A stretch of DNA of 64,000 nt, from contig NC_092344.1 of the NCBI RefSeq assembly GCF_963676685.1, forward strand, positions 106,516,001-106,580,000, written 5' to 3'. The notes beneath the pieces are model-generated. The model saw only the letters and a program-made list of their open reading frames with translations, ran no database searches and was not told the origin of the DNA. The translations under genes and the position numbers were made by a program. Shown piece by piece: positions 1 to 14,402 of the stretch (positions are counted from its first letter, which is position 1; each line of letters opens with the position of its first letter). This DNA comes from Mytilus edulis. Taxonomy: Eukaryota.

Positions 1-1005
1 TTTAATTTTTGCATAGACATTTTTCAGGGAGAATCAACCGCATATATTGAAAAAAGACAAATTACAGCTTGGTTTAAGGAAAACAGACAGCCAGTCAACT
101 ATTTCGAAAACTAGAGAAAGAAAGCTCATTGAAATCCTGAGTATAGACACAGTAGTAAAATCTTTAAATATTGTTTTTATTTGTGCTAAAATTGATTAAA
201 TTTATGAAAATTTAAAACTTAACTTAAGGTATATTGCTATATTTGTACAGTCATGTATATGAATCTTCATTATTCTTCTTCCTGTCGACACGGTTACTTA
301 TATTATGGCAAAGCACAAGGTCATTTATTTCTCAGACTGTTTATTACCTTATTATATTAAATACATTGGAGTTGTACTGATTAATACTTTTGTATCGGAT
401 ATCATGATTTATTTATTAGTTGTAATTGGTTCAAACTGGGTTTCAGTAAATATGTCGATGCTTTGTGCATTTCTATTGTTTTATGTTAGTTGGTTTTTGT
501 GCCTATAGTACCGACATTTTTAGTAAAGAAAATAACTTCTGCTGTTTACATTTTGTTCTTATGTTGTACTGTTACACCATTGTCCCAGATTAGGGCAGGG
601 TTGACCTTTCGAAAATAAATTTAACCACGCCATATTGTTTATGACTATGTCCAAAGTCATAAGCCTGTAGTTGGGTGGTTGTCGTTGCTTCGTGTTTGAT
701 ATATTTCTTTTTCGTTAACTGTTATGTTATAAATTAGGCCGTTATTTTTCTCGTTTGAAATGTTTCACATTTTTATGTCGTTTTTTTTTATAACAGACAA
801 CAACTGTCATATTCCTGCCTTGATAAAGGCATTTTCTGTTTAGAAAATAGTGTTTTAAACCTGATATTGTAGCTCGCTAAACCTCTCACTTGTAAGACCG
901 TTGTGTAAAATTCCATTACAATGACAACGATGTATAAACAAAGTAAACAGACATAATAGCTCTTCGCCTTTGTATTTGTTTGGCATTATAAATATTTTGA
1001 TATGA

Positions 1006-1049
1006 GCGTCACTGATGAGTCATGTCTAGATGAAACGCGCGTCTGGCGT
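1006..1049 (+). ncRNA. Minimal type I hammerhead ribozyme (retrozyme-type)
   Basis: GCGTCA-CTGATGA-GTC..GAT-GAAA-CGCGCG-TC-TGGCGT: intact core, palindromic stem III, GUC cleavage triplet. Confidence 0.8.
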
Positions 1050-4000
1050 ACAAAATTATAATCCTGGTACCTTTGATAACTATAATGGGTTAAAAAACAG
1101 GGGTACGTCACTTTACTTCTATATTTTCCAGGAACTCTCCAGACCTAGCATTGTTATGAAAACAGTAACATGAGTGCATTATCTCATGGACATTCATCAA
1201 TTATCCATAGTTTTCTAATTTTGAGAAATGTCAAACGTTCTATCAAAAATATATTCCCTCTTATCCAAAAATGAATATTTTCACGTAAGTATTACATAAT
1301 TTTGATGACGTGCTTGTCTGGTAAACCAATTATTATCTTAAAAACCACAATTTACATTGTCGAATTTGCTTTATGTACACATTTGTTACTATTTATATTT
1401 TTCGTATGAGTTAAATTGTGGGATGCAGCCGGTTCTTTACCATATGTCTTGCCTCACTATACAAATGAATTACAATTCAAGATATATCCAATAAACATTA
1501 AAACAACTACTTCTGAAATCATATCTTTTAAAAGATTAGTTATTTGTCCTTTTACATTGAATGAAAAACTGTAGATAGAGACTGAACATTTAACACCAAT
1601 CTCTTAAAATATCAAGAATACAAAGCCACAGTTTTATCAAAGAGATAGCAACTACTGACGATGATTAAATATAAATTACTGAAGTCTCCATCAGAATATG
1701 TTAACACAATACCAATCGTGTAATATCCTAAACCCTACAAGTATTTCCCTATTCAGATTTTTTTTGAAAACATGTTAGTTTAAGTGTTCAGTGTTTCCAA
1801 GTAGAATGGCCGTATGGACAGTTCAAAAGACAAATCATGTGAAAGAACTAATCCAAGAACTATATATATTCTAAGGTAACAAGCAGTCTTCACAGCTCAG
1901 ACTTTCGGGCATGTAAAAATCATATCTACAGGTATACAAAATCTAAGTTAAATTTTGCAAATATTTACCTCCGGGTCTGTAGATCGAATATATTCTTAGT
2001 TCAAATCTATGTATTTGAAACTGTTTTGAAAATAAAACTCAGGAAACAGTAGTTAACCGATGTACACAATTCCTTTTGTATTTTAAAACCAAATAATTAC
2101 ATAACATGTATGTTACATTATAATACGTTATTTTAGATAACACCCATTTTTTCATGATCCTAGCAAGAAAAATTAAGTTATAATTATTGAATGATTTTTT
2201 TTAGTAACTTTATAGTGATTTTAAAACGTTGACCGTGCGCACATTTTAGAATGAAGCTCTTCTGTACTCCATACAAACTGTGTGTCGGACAACACTTTTG
2301 CAAACAAATAAAGGAGAAGGTCCGGTAAGGGCCGATTTAGGCCTCATATTTCATGTTCACGTGATGAAATATTTTAGACAATTTTTAAAGTGTCTACTTC
2401 AGTCGATTCAATTAGTTTATGGGAAAAATTTGAACTGATTTAGTCATTTCAGACGCTCAAATTCAAGCTTGAATAGGGGAAATTCTATCACATATGTCAA
2501 AATATGTCACTTTTACCGTATGATGGTTTTTGTCAAAAATGAAAGTGGCCGCATCCGTGTTCACTCTCAACCTTTTTATATATTATGTTTTATCATCAAA
2601 TACAACTTACAAATAAATATAAAGAATAAACACAAATTAGGTCACTTCCATTTTAAGACGTCTAAAATCTACCTCAAATGTTAAAATAGTGAAGATTTCA
2701 GTAATTTAACATGACTTAATGGTGCTAGTCCCCGATATATATGCACAGCCCATATTTATGTAACAAAAGTATTCTTCTTTCTAATAAATAGCTTAAAGTT
2801 AAAACGAGCTCCCACAATAAAATGCACAGGTTAATAAAATAAACTTGATTAAATCGTTTTTTCATTATCCTTGCTATAAAAATGAAGTTATAAGTATTGA
2901 ATGCTTTTTTCTTCGTAATTTTATAGTGTTGTTAACGCGTTGACCGTGTGCACATTTTAAGAATGAAGCTCTTCTGCGCTTCATACAAACTGTGTGTCGG
3001 TCAACGCTTTTATCAACAAAAAAATTTCCAAAAAGAAGCATTAAATTTCTCTATGAAAAGTAACTGCGGAAACCCATTCAACTTCACTGGTCCGGTTCGT
3101 TTTTAGGCTATGAATACATCTCCTCATACAAATCAAGATTCAGGCCAGATGTTCCGAAATAGACCAAAACAGAATCATTTACAGAAAAGCCGATTATTGT
3201 GGTAAAATCAAAATATCTTTCATGGCTCAATTATTATATTACCAAATGAGACTTGTTACCTTTGTCATAAACAAAACAACATCTGCTACTGAGGAGAGTT
3301 TGTCATTGCCATTTGATGATTCTTAACATCTCTCGTCATACATGCCATTTATTTTTCGGAAACAACTGATATATCATGGTTGTCATGTATAAACTTTCTG
3401 AAAAATGAAAATGTTTAAGAGATCAGTAGTAAATTATTCAAACAACCTAAAATGCTATGTAATTACTAGTAAAGCAAATTGTTTGATATCATAGTTGTTT
3501 TGTATTGCAACGCTATATAATTTTCAAGGTCGTATATGACATCAAAGACGTAAAATAAACAACTCGTTATCATATTTTGGTTTGACTTTGAGTTGTCCTT
3601 GAGACATAGTCCATTATGTGTGTCTTTCCTGTTCCTTGTGCTATGATGGATGGATGCGTAGTTTCACTGACAATCATAACAAATCTCAACATCAATTGTG
3701 CTTTATATAAAATTTAAGTGCGTGAGTATTTGTCAATTTTAATGAAAATAATTTCCTATAAAAACATATATTTACCACGCAAGACACAAATGAACAATGA
3801 CATTGAGACAGTTCTCCACAAGAGACCAAATCATTAATTTTACTTACCTATATTAGTCCAATGCCTGTGTTGAAAGAATTCTGGAAAATTGCTACAAGCA
3901 TTTTAAAAAATCATAACTGCTTAAACTTTAACAGGAAATATTATAAAAAAAACTTTCGTTAGTTTTGTTATTCATTCTGACCGTTTGTGTACTTTTATGG

Positions 4001-6229
4001 GTTTTATATACAAATATAGTCCTTTTTACGAGCGTCGCTGACAAGTCTTTTACGCATGCATACTGGAAACTTTATAAAACAAAATCAATGAAAGAGAAAA
4101 CAGAACACTCTTGATTCATCAACAGGATGGATAAAAACCAAACATTTGAAAGCAAGAAATGTAGAATGTACAAATGTTAGGTGATATACGATCAAAAAAG
4201 GCCATAAATGAATTGCAAACTTCAGGTATTATGTTGTGTTGTTACACTACTGTCCTAAATGTGCCAATTCCTCATCAGGAACCTGTAAATGAGAGATTGC
4301 CGTTTGTCGCTGTTTATGATATTTTGTTTCATTTGTTGTTTTGTACAGTTAACTCTGGCGTTGTGCTGTTATTACACTTTTCAAGGATGAAGGAGAGTTG
4401 GGCGTCTGCTTACATTTTCTCTTATTTAATCAACGGAATATATGAAATATATGACATATAGCATGCCACCGAAAAACAAATGACTGCTAAGCTGATTATT
4501 TCACAAGGGACTAAAAGTTGACCACAATAGAATTCGACCTTATGCTTAAAAGAAACTATCACTTTATAAATTTCGTGCATCCGAAACAATTTTCTTAAAT
4601 AATCTGTGTCAGAACTGCTCTTATCTAACTTTTTGCCTTTTTTTGCATTGAAAACCCGGAAGGTAAACATATGTACAAACATTAAAACTTATAGGACCAA
4701 AGGGACCTTAAAAGTGTTACCAAAATGTATCATGTAATTTTGAACCTCAGTTTCTATATAATTTTTAAATCTAACATTGGAAAAATTTAGAAATATGTGT
4801 ACTTAATGAAATCAGTCCTGACTACTGAGCTGACGATATCCTACATGATGACAGTCTATCCGTGTAGAAATCGACCCAATGTGTGTAAGAGAAAATAACA
4901 TTTTATAAATTTCTCATTTTCTCGATTTACCTGCCTACGTAAAGCCAAAACATAAACAATCGATGCACGGGATATAAATATTTGGAAGTATTTGTCACCG
5001 CTAAATGATAAAAATGGATTTGAAAATGGAAAATACTTCTAGATAAATTTAATTGCTTATTCAATCAATTTCAATCAAAAGTTTTAAAAAAACGAATATA
5101 TTCTTGGGTCGGGGTCCCTTTTTGGATCTTTACACCCAATCAAGGCAATTATTTACCCCGTCTTTATTTTAAAGAATCGTCACCTTTATAGATCGTAAAA
5201 TTTTTTAAACCAGATTTGTTGTCCACATGAAGATTCCAAGAATGAATTTACCACCAAAATTTTGGTCAGAAATATCAATGTATTGTATGTTCTAAAGATT
5301 GTGCGCGCAACCACCCATCCACATATCTAAGACTAAATTAATGCGATAAAAAGTTTTAATCCTATTTAATTGTGTTGGTTTTTTTTTAATTTGTGTAATA
5401 AGAATAGTTTGCTTTATATGCAGGTAATTTAACTATCATAGCTATATTTGACATTTTCTGTTTTCCTGTCAGGCATATTTCATTGTATTTTTCATCAGTG
5501 AAGATTCTTTTCGACATAATTAAACAGGTGATATTTTTCCCATAACATGTATCCTCAGGAAATGAGGCAAACAAGCTCAATCTGAGAATTGTTATAAGGT
5601 ATAAAACTTATACTATTTCGGCACGCCATTCTTTAATTATAAGCAAGTTCTTTCTTTTTATGAAATAAGCATGTTTCTTTATTGACGTTTGAAGAAACAA
5701 ATATGCCTACACATAGCCAAGAGGCATGGTAAACATTTAAAGTCTATAACACATGTGCTTGTAGTACAAAAAGACTGCAAGCAATATGTTACCGAAAATA
5801 TATGTCAATTAAACATTGAAGCAATTGTATTATACTTAATTAGTAAAGATATTGTCACTAATAGAATCGATATGTTTCATGAACTAGAGATGGAGGCAAC
5901 TGTTTTCCTCGATAAGTTAACAGATCCTTGCATTGAAATGTAATGCAAACTGTTTCGACTCACTGGAATTGAATTTAAGTAGTAGGTTACAGGGAGGGTG
6001 TTGAGTTTAAAAACAATACAATATTCCTCATGTGTCTGTCGGCTGGGTCGGGAACCTGTAAATTAGTGGTTATCTATAGTTTCTTTTTGTCATTTTCATT
6101 TTTATGTCTTTAATGATATGTTGCATAAGTCAGACAGTTAGTTTTTACTAGGAATTCGTTCTGATTGGTCATGGCAGGCCCGTTTATATACAACTTCCTG
6201 GCATTGGTCATGTTTGAACTATAATTGTT

Positions 6230-6450
6230 ACAAAACTTTGAATTTAAAACTAAGGATTTTCTTATCCCAGGAATAGAATACCTTAGCCGTATTTGGCACG
6301 TTTTGGAATTCGGGGTCCTCAATGCTCTTCAACTTTGTACCTGTTTGGCTTTATAACTATTTTGATTTGAGCGTCACTGATCAGTCTTATGTACACGAAA
6401 CGCGCGTCTGGCGTACTAAATTATAATCCTGGTACCTTCGATAACTATAA
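6230..6450 (+). mobile_element. Retrozyme-like repeat copy with mutated hammerhead (6371-6414)
   Basis: Same family as 960-1082; core reads CTGATCA instead of CTGATGA. Confidence 0.7.
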
Positions 6451-8355
6451 TGGGTTAAAAAAACCAGGGGTACATCACTTTACTTCTATATTTTCCAGGA
6501 ACTATCCAGACCTAGCATTGTTATGAAAACAGTAACATGAGTGCATTATCTCATGGACATTCATCAATTATCCATAGTTTTCTAATTTTTAGAAATGTCA
6601 AACGTGCTATCTTTTCGCTATATAGATGACGTTCTTTACACCCACGTCATTTGAATAGTCGGCTCATTTGCATTGGTAATCCGTATTCATCTCCATATAT
6701 TTATAGAAAGAAATGTTCTTCCTTGCCTTTCTGCAAATTATCTAGTAAGCAAATATTTAATCTACTATAAGAACCAAAATATACGGTATAAATATATTTA
6801 TTAAAGTTATGTACACCGTTATGTAAACATTACCACGTGTATTTGTTAATAAAATTACACGTGTTTGAAAGTATATAATAGGTTAAATGTTTTTCATTGG
6901 TCGAGTTAGAACTGACCATAATATTTGAATTTCAAATATTTCGTGCTATACTTTTGGCGGTTTTGTGGATTAAAGATATTGTCATTCGAGGTTCGCTTTT
7001 GACGCAGTAAAGTTTCTCACCCTCCCACCCGACTTAATGCATTTTTCTTGTGTTCTTTTTTATTAATGTGAATAATAATGTGTGAAAGAATAGAATCTTT
7101 ATTTGATTCATAATAATATGTATTTGCTTACATAATAAATATTGTTTTTATTTTTGTAGATTATTTGTGTTTGTTACCTGCAGCGGCCTAGGTAGACAGT
7201 AACACTGATGAACATTTATTACAATGCATTTGTCTTTAATGAAATTAAAGCTTTGCTGCACACTGTCAGGCGAGCTGATCCCATACAAAACTGTTGAGGT
7301 TATTTTGTAAATAATTTATGTTCGCTTGAAGTTATGAATTAGAACATAAATCGGAATAAACACGGTGCCTTTTTTGTTAACTTATTCAAACTAATTCAGA
7401 CTTTCTGATGTTTCTGAATAAATAAGAGTTTATTCAAATCAAACTCGTTTCCGTTATGTTTGATATAGTGTGTAAATCTCCTTAAAATACGATGTCTACA
7501 TTATATGATCTGTAACTAAGATTTGTAGGATTTATGCAAATAAGATATGTAGCAACGTTTACGTTAGATTGAATATCTTCTTTACATGTGTATGTGTTAA
7601 ATTTTGTGCTATAATTTTTCGGTAATAATTGATTTTCATAAAATATCCATGATTTTAGAAGAAGAAAAAAACAGAAATATTTGCTACATATCTATCTACT
7701 TAAAATAAAATCATTGGGGTTTAATTCCTTAAACTAAAAGTTCAAATAATATAGATAATCATGGCAAATGTCATCTAAAGACGGGATCATTTTCATGCAA
7801 TTGATTCAAATCAGTCAAAAAATGCATGTTTTCCCTACTTTTCACAGTTTGACGTTGGAGAAAGGAACATTTTACGTTAGCGACGACATTACCTCCTATA
7901 CCTTTATCGCATGCCATTAATCACTATTAATAACACTATATTGAACTGAGCATAATGAATCCTACAAAAAAACCGTGGTGATCTTTTGTGTTCTGACAGG
8001 TCCTGCTCCACATGTTTTCATCGTCAAGTTGTTAGTGGTTCTTACATTTTCGGTGATAAATTTCATCTATGACACTGATATTCCAAAATGGTCATCCAAC
8101 ATGTGAAGTTTTCCTACAGTGATTATGCTATCAACACTTGGCATTTTCAAATTGTTGTGTATCTGGCTGTACATACTCCTAATGTTGTTTTCCAGACGAT
8201 AAATATAGAAACTTTTTTCAAATTGATTGAAATTGAAATGGAGTGTGCTGGACCACTAATCACAATAAAACATGGTTCATTGTTTTGTCGTTTTCACTTT
8301 TTTCCGTTTGAGAATTATGGTACTTGATTGTTAAAAAACATTATGTGAATTCGGA

Positions 8356-9695
8356 TTATGGTGACTTGAGTAACACCGGTATCACTCAGATTACAATTCT
8401 ACCTTGACCAGGTAAGTTTGTATTTAGCCTATAAAATACTTATTTAGCCTTGAGAATTGAAAGGTCATTTTATCCCATTCATACAATAGAAGTTTACCTA
8501 GTATGAGGGTCTGAATGGGGTTTACAGAATAGAGAATACATGTAATAGCAAAAAAAATAGAGAATAGAGAAAATGAACAACAAAATAAAGAATAAAGAAT
8601 AATTTAATGGGGTGCAAAAGCATAAAGAATAACTGTGCAAAATAAAAAGGTTACTTAGGTAAATGTAATGCAATACTGATAATATAATGATCAATGTACA
8701 GAATTGATAAATAATCCTGTAACACAAAGACTAAATAGTAAAATCATTTTCATGAGAATTTTACAGAATGAGAGTTATTTTTAAGGCTATTAAAAGAAAA
8801 ATGTCCTAAAAATTTAAAGAATACAGATATTAAAAAAACCCATGCAGGTCCTCATGTCATTTACATTGTCAAAATATAGGACACATCTAGTCAAACTGGT
8901 TTTAAACTAGACATCTAGTCAAACTGGTTTGGTATAACTGACTTTTTCTTGCCTTAGATGTCTATTTCACAGTGACCTTATGTGTTTGTGCTAAGAGTAC
9001 ATTGTACTGTCATATTTATTAATTTTCTGTTGGGACATGACCTACATTGTTAACATGCTTGAGATTTCAACTGATATAAGTATAATAAATTAATATTTGG
9101 AATTTTATATCCTGGTTGATGATGTTTTTTGGGGAGCAAGATGTTTTCTTCATTCTTGTTCACATTATGATTATTTTAACATTTAAAGATAGAAAAAATG
9201 TCAGCTCTCATTTAAAATATTTTGCAACTAAATAACAGAATAATAATCTGTCAGATTTGGTGTAAACAAAAAACAAGACAGTGTAATGCAAGGATAGTCT
9301 ATTTCTATAAAAACAAGCAGATAGTTTTTTTTATATCTAAAAAAAAACCTACCATGTAAAGAAATATGCAAGTAAAAGACCAAAAATATCCCCAAAAATT
9401 CAACATTAACAGATTTTTAACAATTAAATCAAGATGCACAAAGTTTTAAGTATTGGTCAGAATATAGGGTTCTTTTGTACTTTAACAACATCACAATTAC
9501 AATAAAGTGACCTTAATTTTGGACTTGTAAGGTAAATGGCATGAAGCCAAATTTATCAACTTCTATTGTATGAATGGGATAAACTGACCTTTCAATTCTC
9601 AAGGCTAAATAAGTATTTTATAGGCTTAATACAAACGTACCTGTCAAGGTAGAATTGTAAATTGAGTGATACCGGTGTTACTCAAGTCACCATAA
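8356..9695. mobile_element. Non-autonomous element with ~137-bp terminal inverted repeats
   Basis: 8356-8494 is the near-perfect reverse complement of 9558-9695; TA at both ends. Confidence 0.88.
8503..8855. mobile_element. MITE nested in the long-TIR element
   Basis: ATGAGGGTCTGAATGGGGTTT versus the reverse complement ATGAGGACCTGCATGGGTTTT. Confidence 0.6.
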
Positions 9696-11127
9696 CAGAT
9701 GGAAACACCTTGTATGAAGTTGATTTGTACATTTAATGGAATGTATTAGACTACTTATCAAACATGAACGAGGCTTGATTTTTGTTGTTTTCAATTTAAT
9801 TCTCCCAAGTAATGGTACTTGTTTGTTTGGAAAAAAAATATTGTGATCTCTGGATGATAGATAGAGAACGTCTTTTTTGAATTTGGTTGAAATGTTAATG
9901 TTTGACTCAAATAACAGAAGAATGATCCGCAAAACTTGTGAAAAGATAACAAGAGTTATAGCCTTTTATTATATTAATTGTTAACAGTCGAGTTAGCACC
10001 TAACTTGAATTTATATAATAAAGAGAGAAAATTTCGGTAACTTCTTTTATTATTGCAATCATTGCAATCCAATGTTTTCATCATATGTATGAAGAACTGC
10101 TATAAATGGCATCCGAGAATGTCTTAAATATGTAGTACATATACCCCGCTATTATACTATGGAAAACATACAACAAAATCTTATAAAACTTCACAACATG
10201 ATGCTACGGAAACAAAATCATGATCCCTCAGTTGTTTTTGGTTGGGTTATCTACAATAACTTGACCACCTCTCTAGTTATATAACAAGGAATTTACAAGG
10301 GCAGTGGTATCATTTTGTAAGCGTTGCTAACAGTACGTATAGTTCTATCAACATTTTCATTTGTAGCGATTTTATCATGAAATCAAACTTGCTTCTGGTC
10401 TAATGGTTTATTATTGTGACTGTATTATAGAGGTGACCGCGTATAATGAATTCACACAATTACTATTACGTAAAATTTTTCTTAAATATTGTCTTAGAAT
10501 GATTACACAGAGTTCTACCACTAACTCTTATGTGATACGATACTTCACAGTTCCTGGTAATTGTATTTATATATAAGTGCCTATTATAGTTAGTTAATCT
10601 AGCATGGTGTCTCTCCAAAGTCAGACAGTACATCGAAATACAACTAACAACGGAGTTGTTCAAACGTTGCATGTATTATTATGAATATCCAAAAAATACG
10701 TTATGTCTTAGTACGATGTAATCGACTGAATGAAAACATCAAAAAGAAAAACGATGTATCGATTTCCGGTTTTAGTCATTCTTCCGAAATCAGATGCAGA
10801 ATAATGCACACATTTAAATATTCTGAATGAGACCAATCGGTGCAAACTGATTATTTTACAATTCTCAGTTACAGAATCTTCAGCATTCTAGGTATTATTT
10901 TCAAAAACGTTCGCCACAACGTTGTGATTGGATTAAACGTAATAAACAAGGGATATTTAACTAACGACATGAGTATATCTTTATTTAGCGGTACAAAGGA
11001 CCAAATTTTCAACGAAAAATTGAAAAATATAAAGCGGCATCCTGACTAGTGCACTTGGTTTTAGTAATTTATAATTGAATACTAACATGCTTCTAACGTT
11101 TTCAATTAATTATACATCCTTAGCTTA

Positions 11128-11172
11128 GTATGTTCCTGATGAAGGTTAATCCAGAAAAGCTCTTCAAACGCA
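11128..11172 (+). ncRNA. Second-family hammerhead-like motif (decayed copies at ~14680-14725 and ~33615-33665)
   Basis: gttc-CTGATGA-AGG-ttaat-CCA-GAAA-agctct-TC. Confidence 0.5.
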
Positions 11173-14100
11173 AATAATTCATAAAGTATCGGGTTAATTG
11201 TCCAATATTTGTGTTTAATGTGAGAACTACATGATACAGATACTTCTAATAGCGTAAAAATTGTGTAAGAATAAACAAATGAAACCTGTTAGTCATAATA
11301 AGAGTAGAAACAATATAAGAAGTAGACTAACTTCGTCGCCATATTACAATTAGAGATACTAATTTTAGATGGGAGTTACTTTAAGCAAAGTTTTTGGTAT
11401 TGTTATCTTCTATAAAATCATAATTGGATAAAAATAAACAACTGTTCTTCAAGTATGAATGAAACATATATTTGATATAACATCAACGAGAATGTAATCA
11501 AGAAATCAAGTTTTACAATTGATATTCCAAATCAACAATGACGATTAACATACACCCACACCGACCTATTCATGAGGATAAAGCAAAAGAGAAAAATAGC
11601 TCTTTAAATACAATTGTAAATTTGAATCGGTAAATCGACGTACCCTGTCTCGATTCTTTTGGTGTTGATGCGATTCCCTCAGGTTTTGTATGTTACTTTG
11701 ATTTATTTTCTTAATTAATAAACGTCATGATGTGAACATCAGTAAACTACTGCTGCCTCTAATTTAATAAGAAAGTATATTCCCTTCCTTGATATATCAT
11801 CGAATTATGAGAAAAGTTGCTAGTGTTGTATGTTGTGCTTTTTTTTTCCAATGTCTGTGTTGTTTCTAACTGAAACTGTCATCCCCTTTTCTGGCTAAAT
11901 GTGTTTCAATTTCGAATTTTTAATTCAACTAAGTTTTAGGTTAGCAAACAAACAATTTCTATTGATAGCGAATTTGGTGATTAATATTGGTTAGCTTATA
12001 GTCAATTTCAATTCTGCCATTTAGAGATGCATGGTCACTAGATAAAATTAATCAATAGATTTTATAGGAGTAACATGACGTGTGTCAGAAGTGGAACATG
12101 ACCTGCTAACCCTTCAGGAGAACATAAGAATACTAGTTCGATGGTGGGATTTTATTGCTGCAAGTGATGCTCCTTCTTTTTATGTATTAGTTGTGGACTG
12201 TTGTTTTTCTTGTCATCGATTATTGTGTTTGCCATGAGTTTGTAAATTCCTCTTCGACGTATGAGTTTTGAGGTTTCCTTTGAGATATGCAGCCCTTTTC
12301 CCAATGACTTCATTTCAGGAATGAAATATCATATAACTCCTTGTTGTCATTTCCGGAAACTAGATTTTTTTATTGACAACCTCATTATTGACATTATTAT
12401 GCTGTGATAACGTGTTTTAAAGCGTGGACTAAACATTTCATTAAAAGTTATAATGATATATCAAAGAAGCTACTTTTAAGAAAACACCAACCGGGAAGGG
12501 TTTTCATGCCCTATCCACTAGATGCAAAATAATCATACTTTTAACAAAAGCCATGTTCAATTTATACATGAGAAATAAAGGGGAAGGTCAGACATTTATT
12601 CAGTACCCTGAAAACTAGTCATTTCAAAAAGAGTCCGCTTACTATATTCCGCCTCCATTTTAAGAACTTCAAAATTAGTTATATATCAAGCTTAAAGTAT
12701 GGGCATAAATAGTTATTGCATTGACACTAAATTATATATTCTGAAATTAAGTGAAAAATATTTCATTAATTGCCTTACTTATTTAAGGCAATAAATGAAA
12801 TGTTACAATTTCCAGTTACAATTGACTTGGTTTGATTAATGTGGTTATTAAGACTTGTAATTCGGTGAAGGACTCCGTCGGTTTTAGTTATTTTGCAACC
12901 AACCGCTGCAGATATTTAGTCTGCTGATTGATGGCATAGGTTTTGGCCAGAAATGTTATACCTAAAATAAATCAAGTTGATAGCATGTAAGGAATATAAA
13001 CTCATCATATATACTAGTCATTAGTGTATGTGGTTTACATGATCAATGTTAGCCATGAATGAAGCATATCAAAATGAATGTCACACAGCCACAAATATAT
13101 AAGTCAATAAAATTGACCGAATCCTTCACATTTTTACCTAGTATGTCTGTTTGCTCACACATTGTTGTCAATATAATGGAATTATATGCGACAGTCATAC
13201 TTGTGAGAGGTTTTGTTATCTTTAAAACCAGGTTCAATTCAATATTTCCTACATAAGGTTGTGCCAGTTGATACAGGACTTTTCGTTTTGAATTTACTTG
13301 GTAGTTCGTTTTTTTTTGTTATTTTAGTGGGGTTTTTATCAACAGAGATGCCAAAAGATCAATATGAAATAGACTACTAGTACTAGTATCTGTTGATGTT
13401 TCGATGTTTCTTAGATTGATTAATTTATATATTGATGGATCGTTATTTTCGAAGTAGTCTAGTGACTAATTTAACATGCATGCTAATGAAATAGGGATCG
13501 ACAAGGATAAAGGACTGTAAAAAGCAGAATAACAAAAATAACAAAAATACAGAATTGGACTACCACAAATGAGGGTGTATTGAATAAGGAAAGAAATTAA
13601 TCCTTGCAACAGACAATCGACGGACCCATCAAAAAGTAATTGCAAGGATTCGTAACGCGTGACACTCTATTTATACTACATGAGGCATCGGATTTAACGT
13701 TTCTTTTACTGACGAGATGTGTCTGCCTAATATACAACTCTTAAACCAAACGGATACACCACCTTTGCAAGGATGTTAGTAATAGTCGGAAGAAGCTCGA
13801 GAGTGGTAATATTTCTAATATCCAGTCATCCTACGGGTCTGCATAACTTAAAATAAACAGAACATGAATAATGATTCCACCATTTACTGTGTCATTGATT
13901 CCTTCAACTCAATATAATACCAATTGCGCATTTGTTGTGAAAACTGTCAAAAGATTTTTGGAATAAATAGATCTACGTGGTCGTTAATGACACAAAATCT
14001 GTTTCCGTTTCATGATAGAAAGTTTTTAGTCATCTACAAAGCGTTCATATGATTTGAATTCGATTTCCGTTTACTTTGAAGTAACGATGTGGTCGAAAAT

Positions 14101-14277
14101 GAATCATGCAAATGGACAGAATGCTAAAATAAACATTATGTAGTTGTTAAATCTTTGTCGATGTGTGAATGCATTTGTAATGATTAGTATTATTTATTTT
14201 TTAATGCGCGGAGATGAATATCAATATGCATATATATATTATATGACCAGACTATGATCCCTATTACTGTTAGGCCG

Positions 14278-14402
14278 TCAATGCTCTTCAAATTCGTACT
14301 TTATTTGGCCGTTTAACTGTATTTTACTTGGAGCGTCACTGGTGAGTCTTTTGTAAACGAAACGTTCGTCTAACATTCACAATTTAAGCCTGTTATTTAT
14401 GA
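14278..14402 (+). mobile_element. Degenerate retrozyme-like repeat copy
   Basis: tcaatgctcttcaa...gagcgtcaCTGGTGAgtc...acGAAAcgttcgtc. Confidence 0.6.

Noticed and set aside
4820-4885. Possible third-family hammerhead remnant (actactgagCTGACGA...atcgacccaatg)
   Set aside because: No stem II or correctly placed GAAA can be formed; too decayed to call
6835-7390. Possible terminal-repeat remnant of another YR/LTR element
   Set aside because: Only compositional resemblance; no second copy or coding remnant in the window
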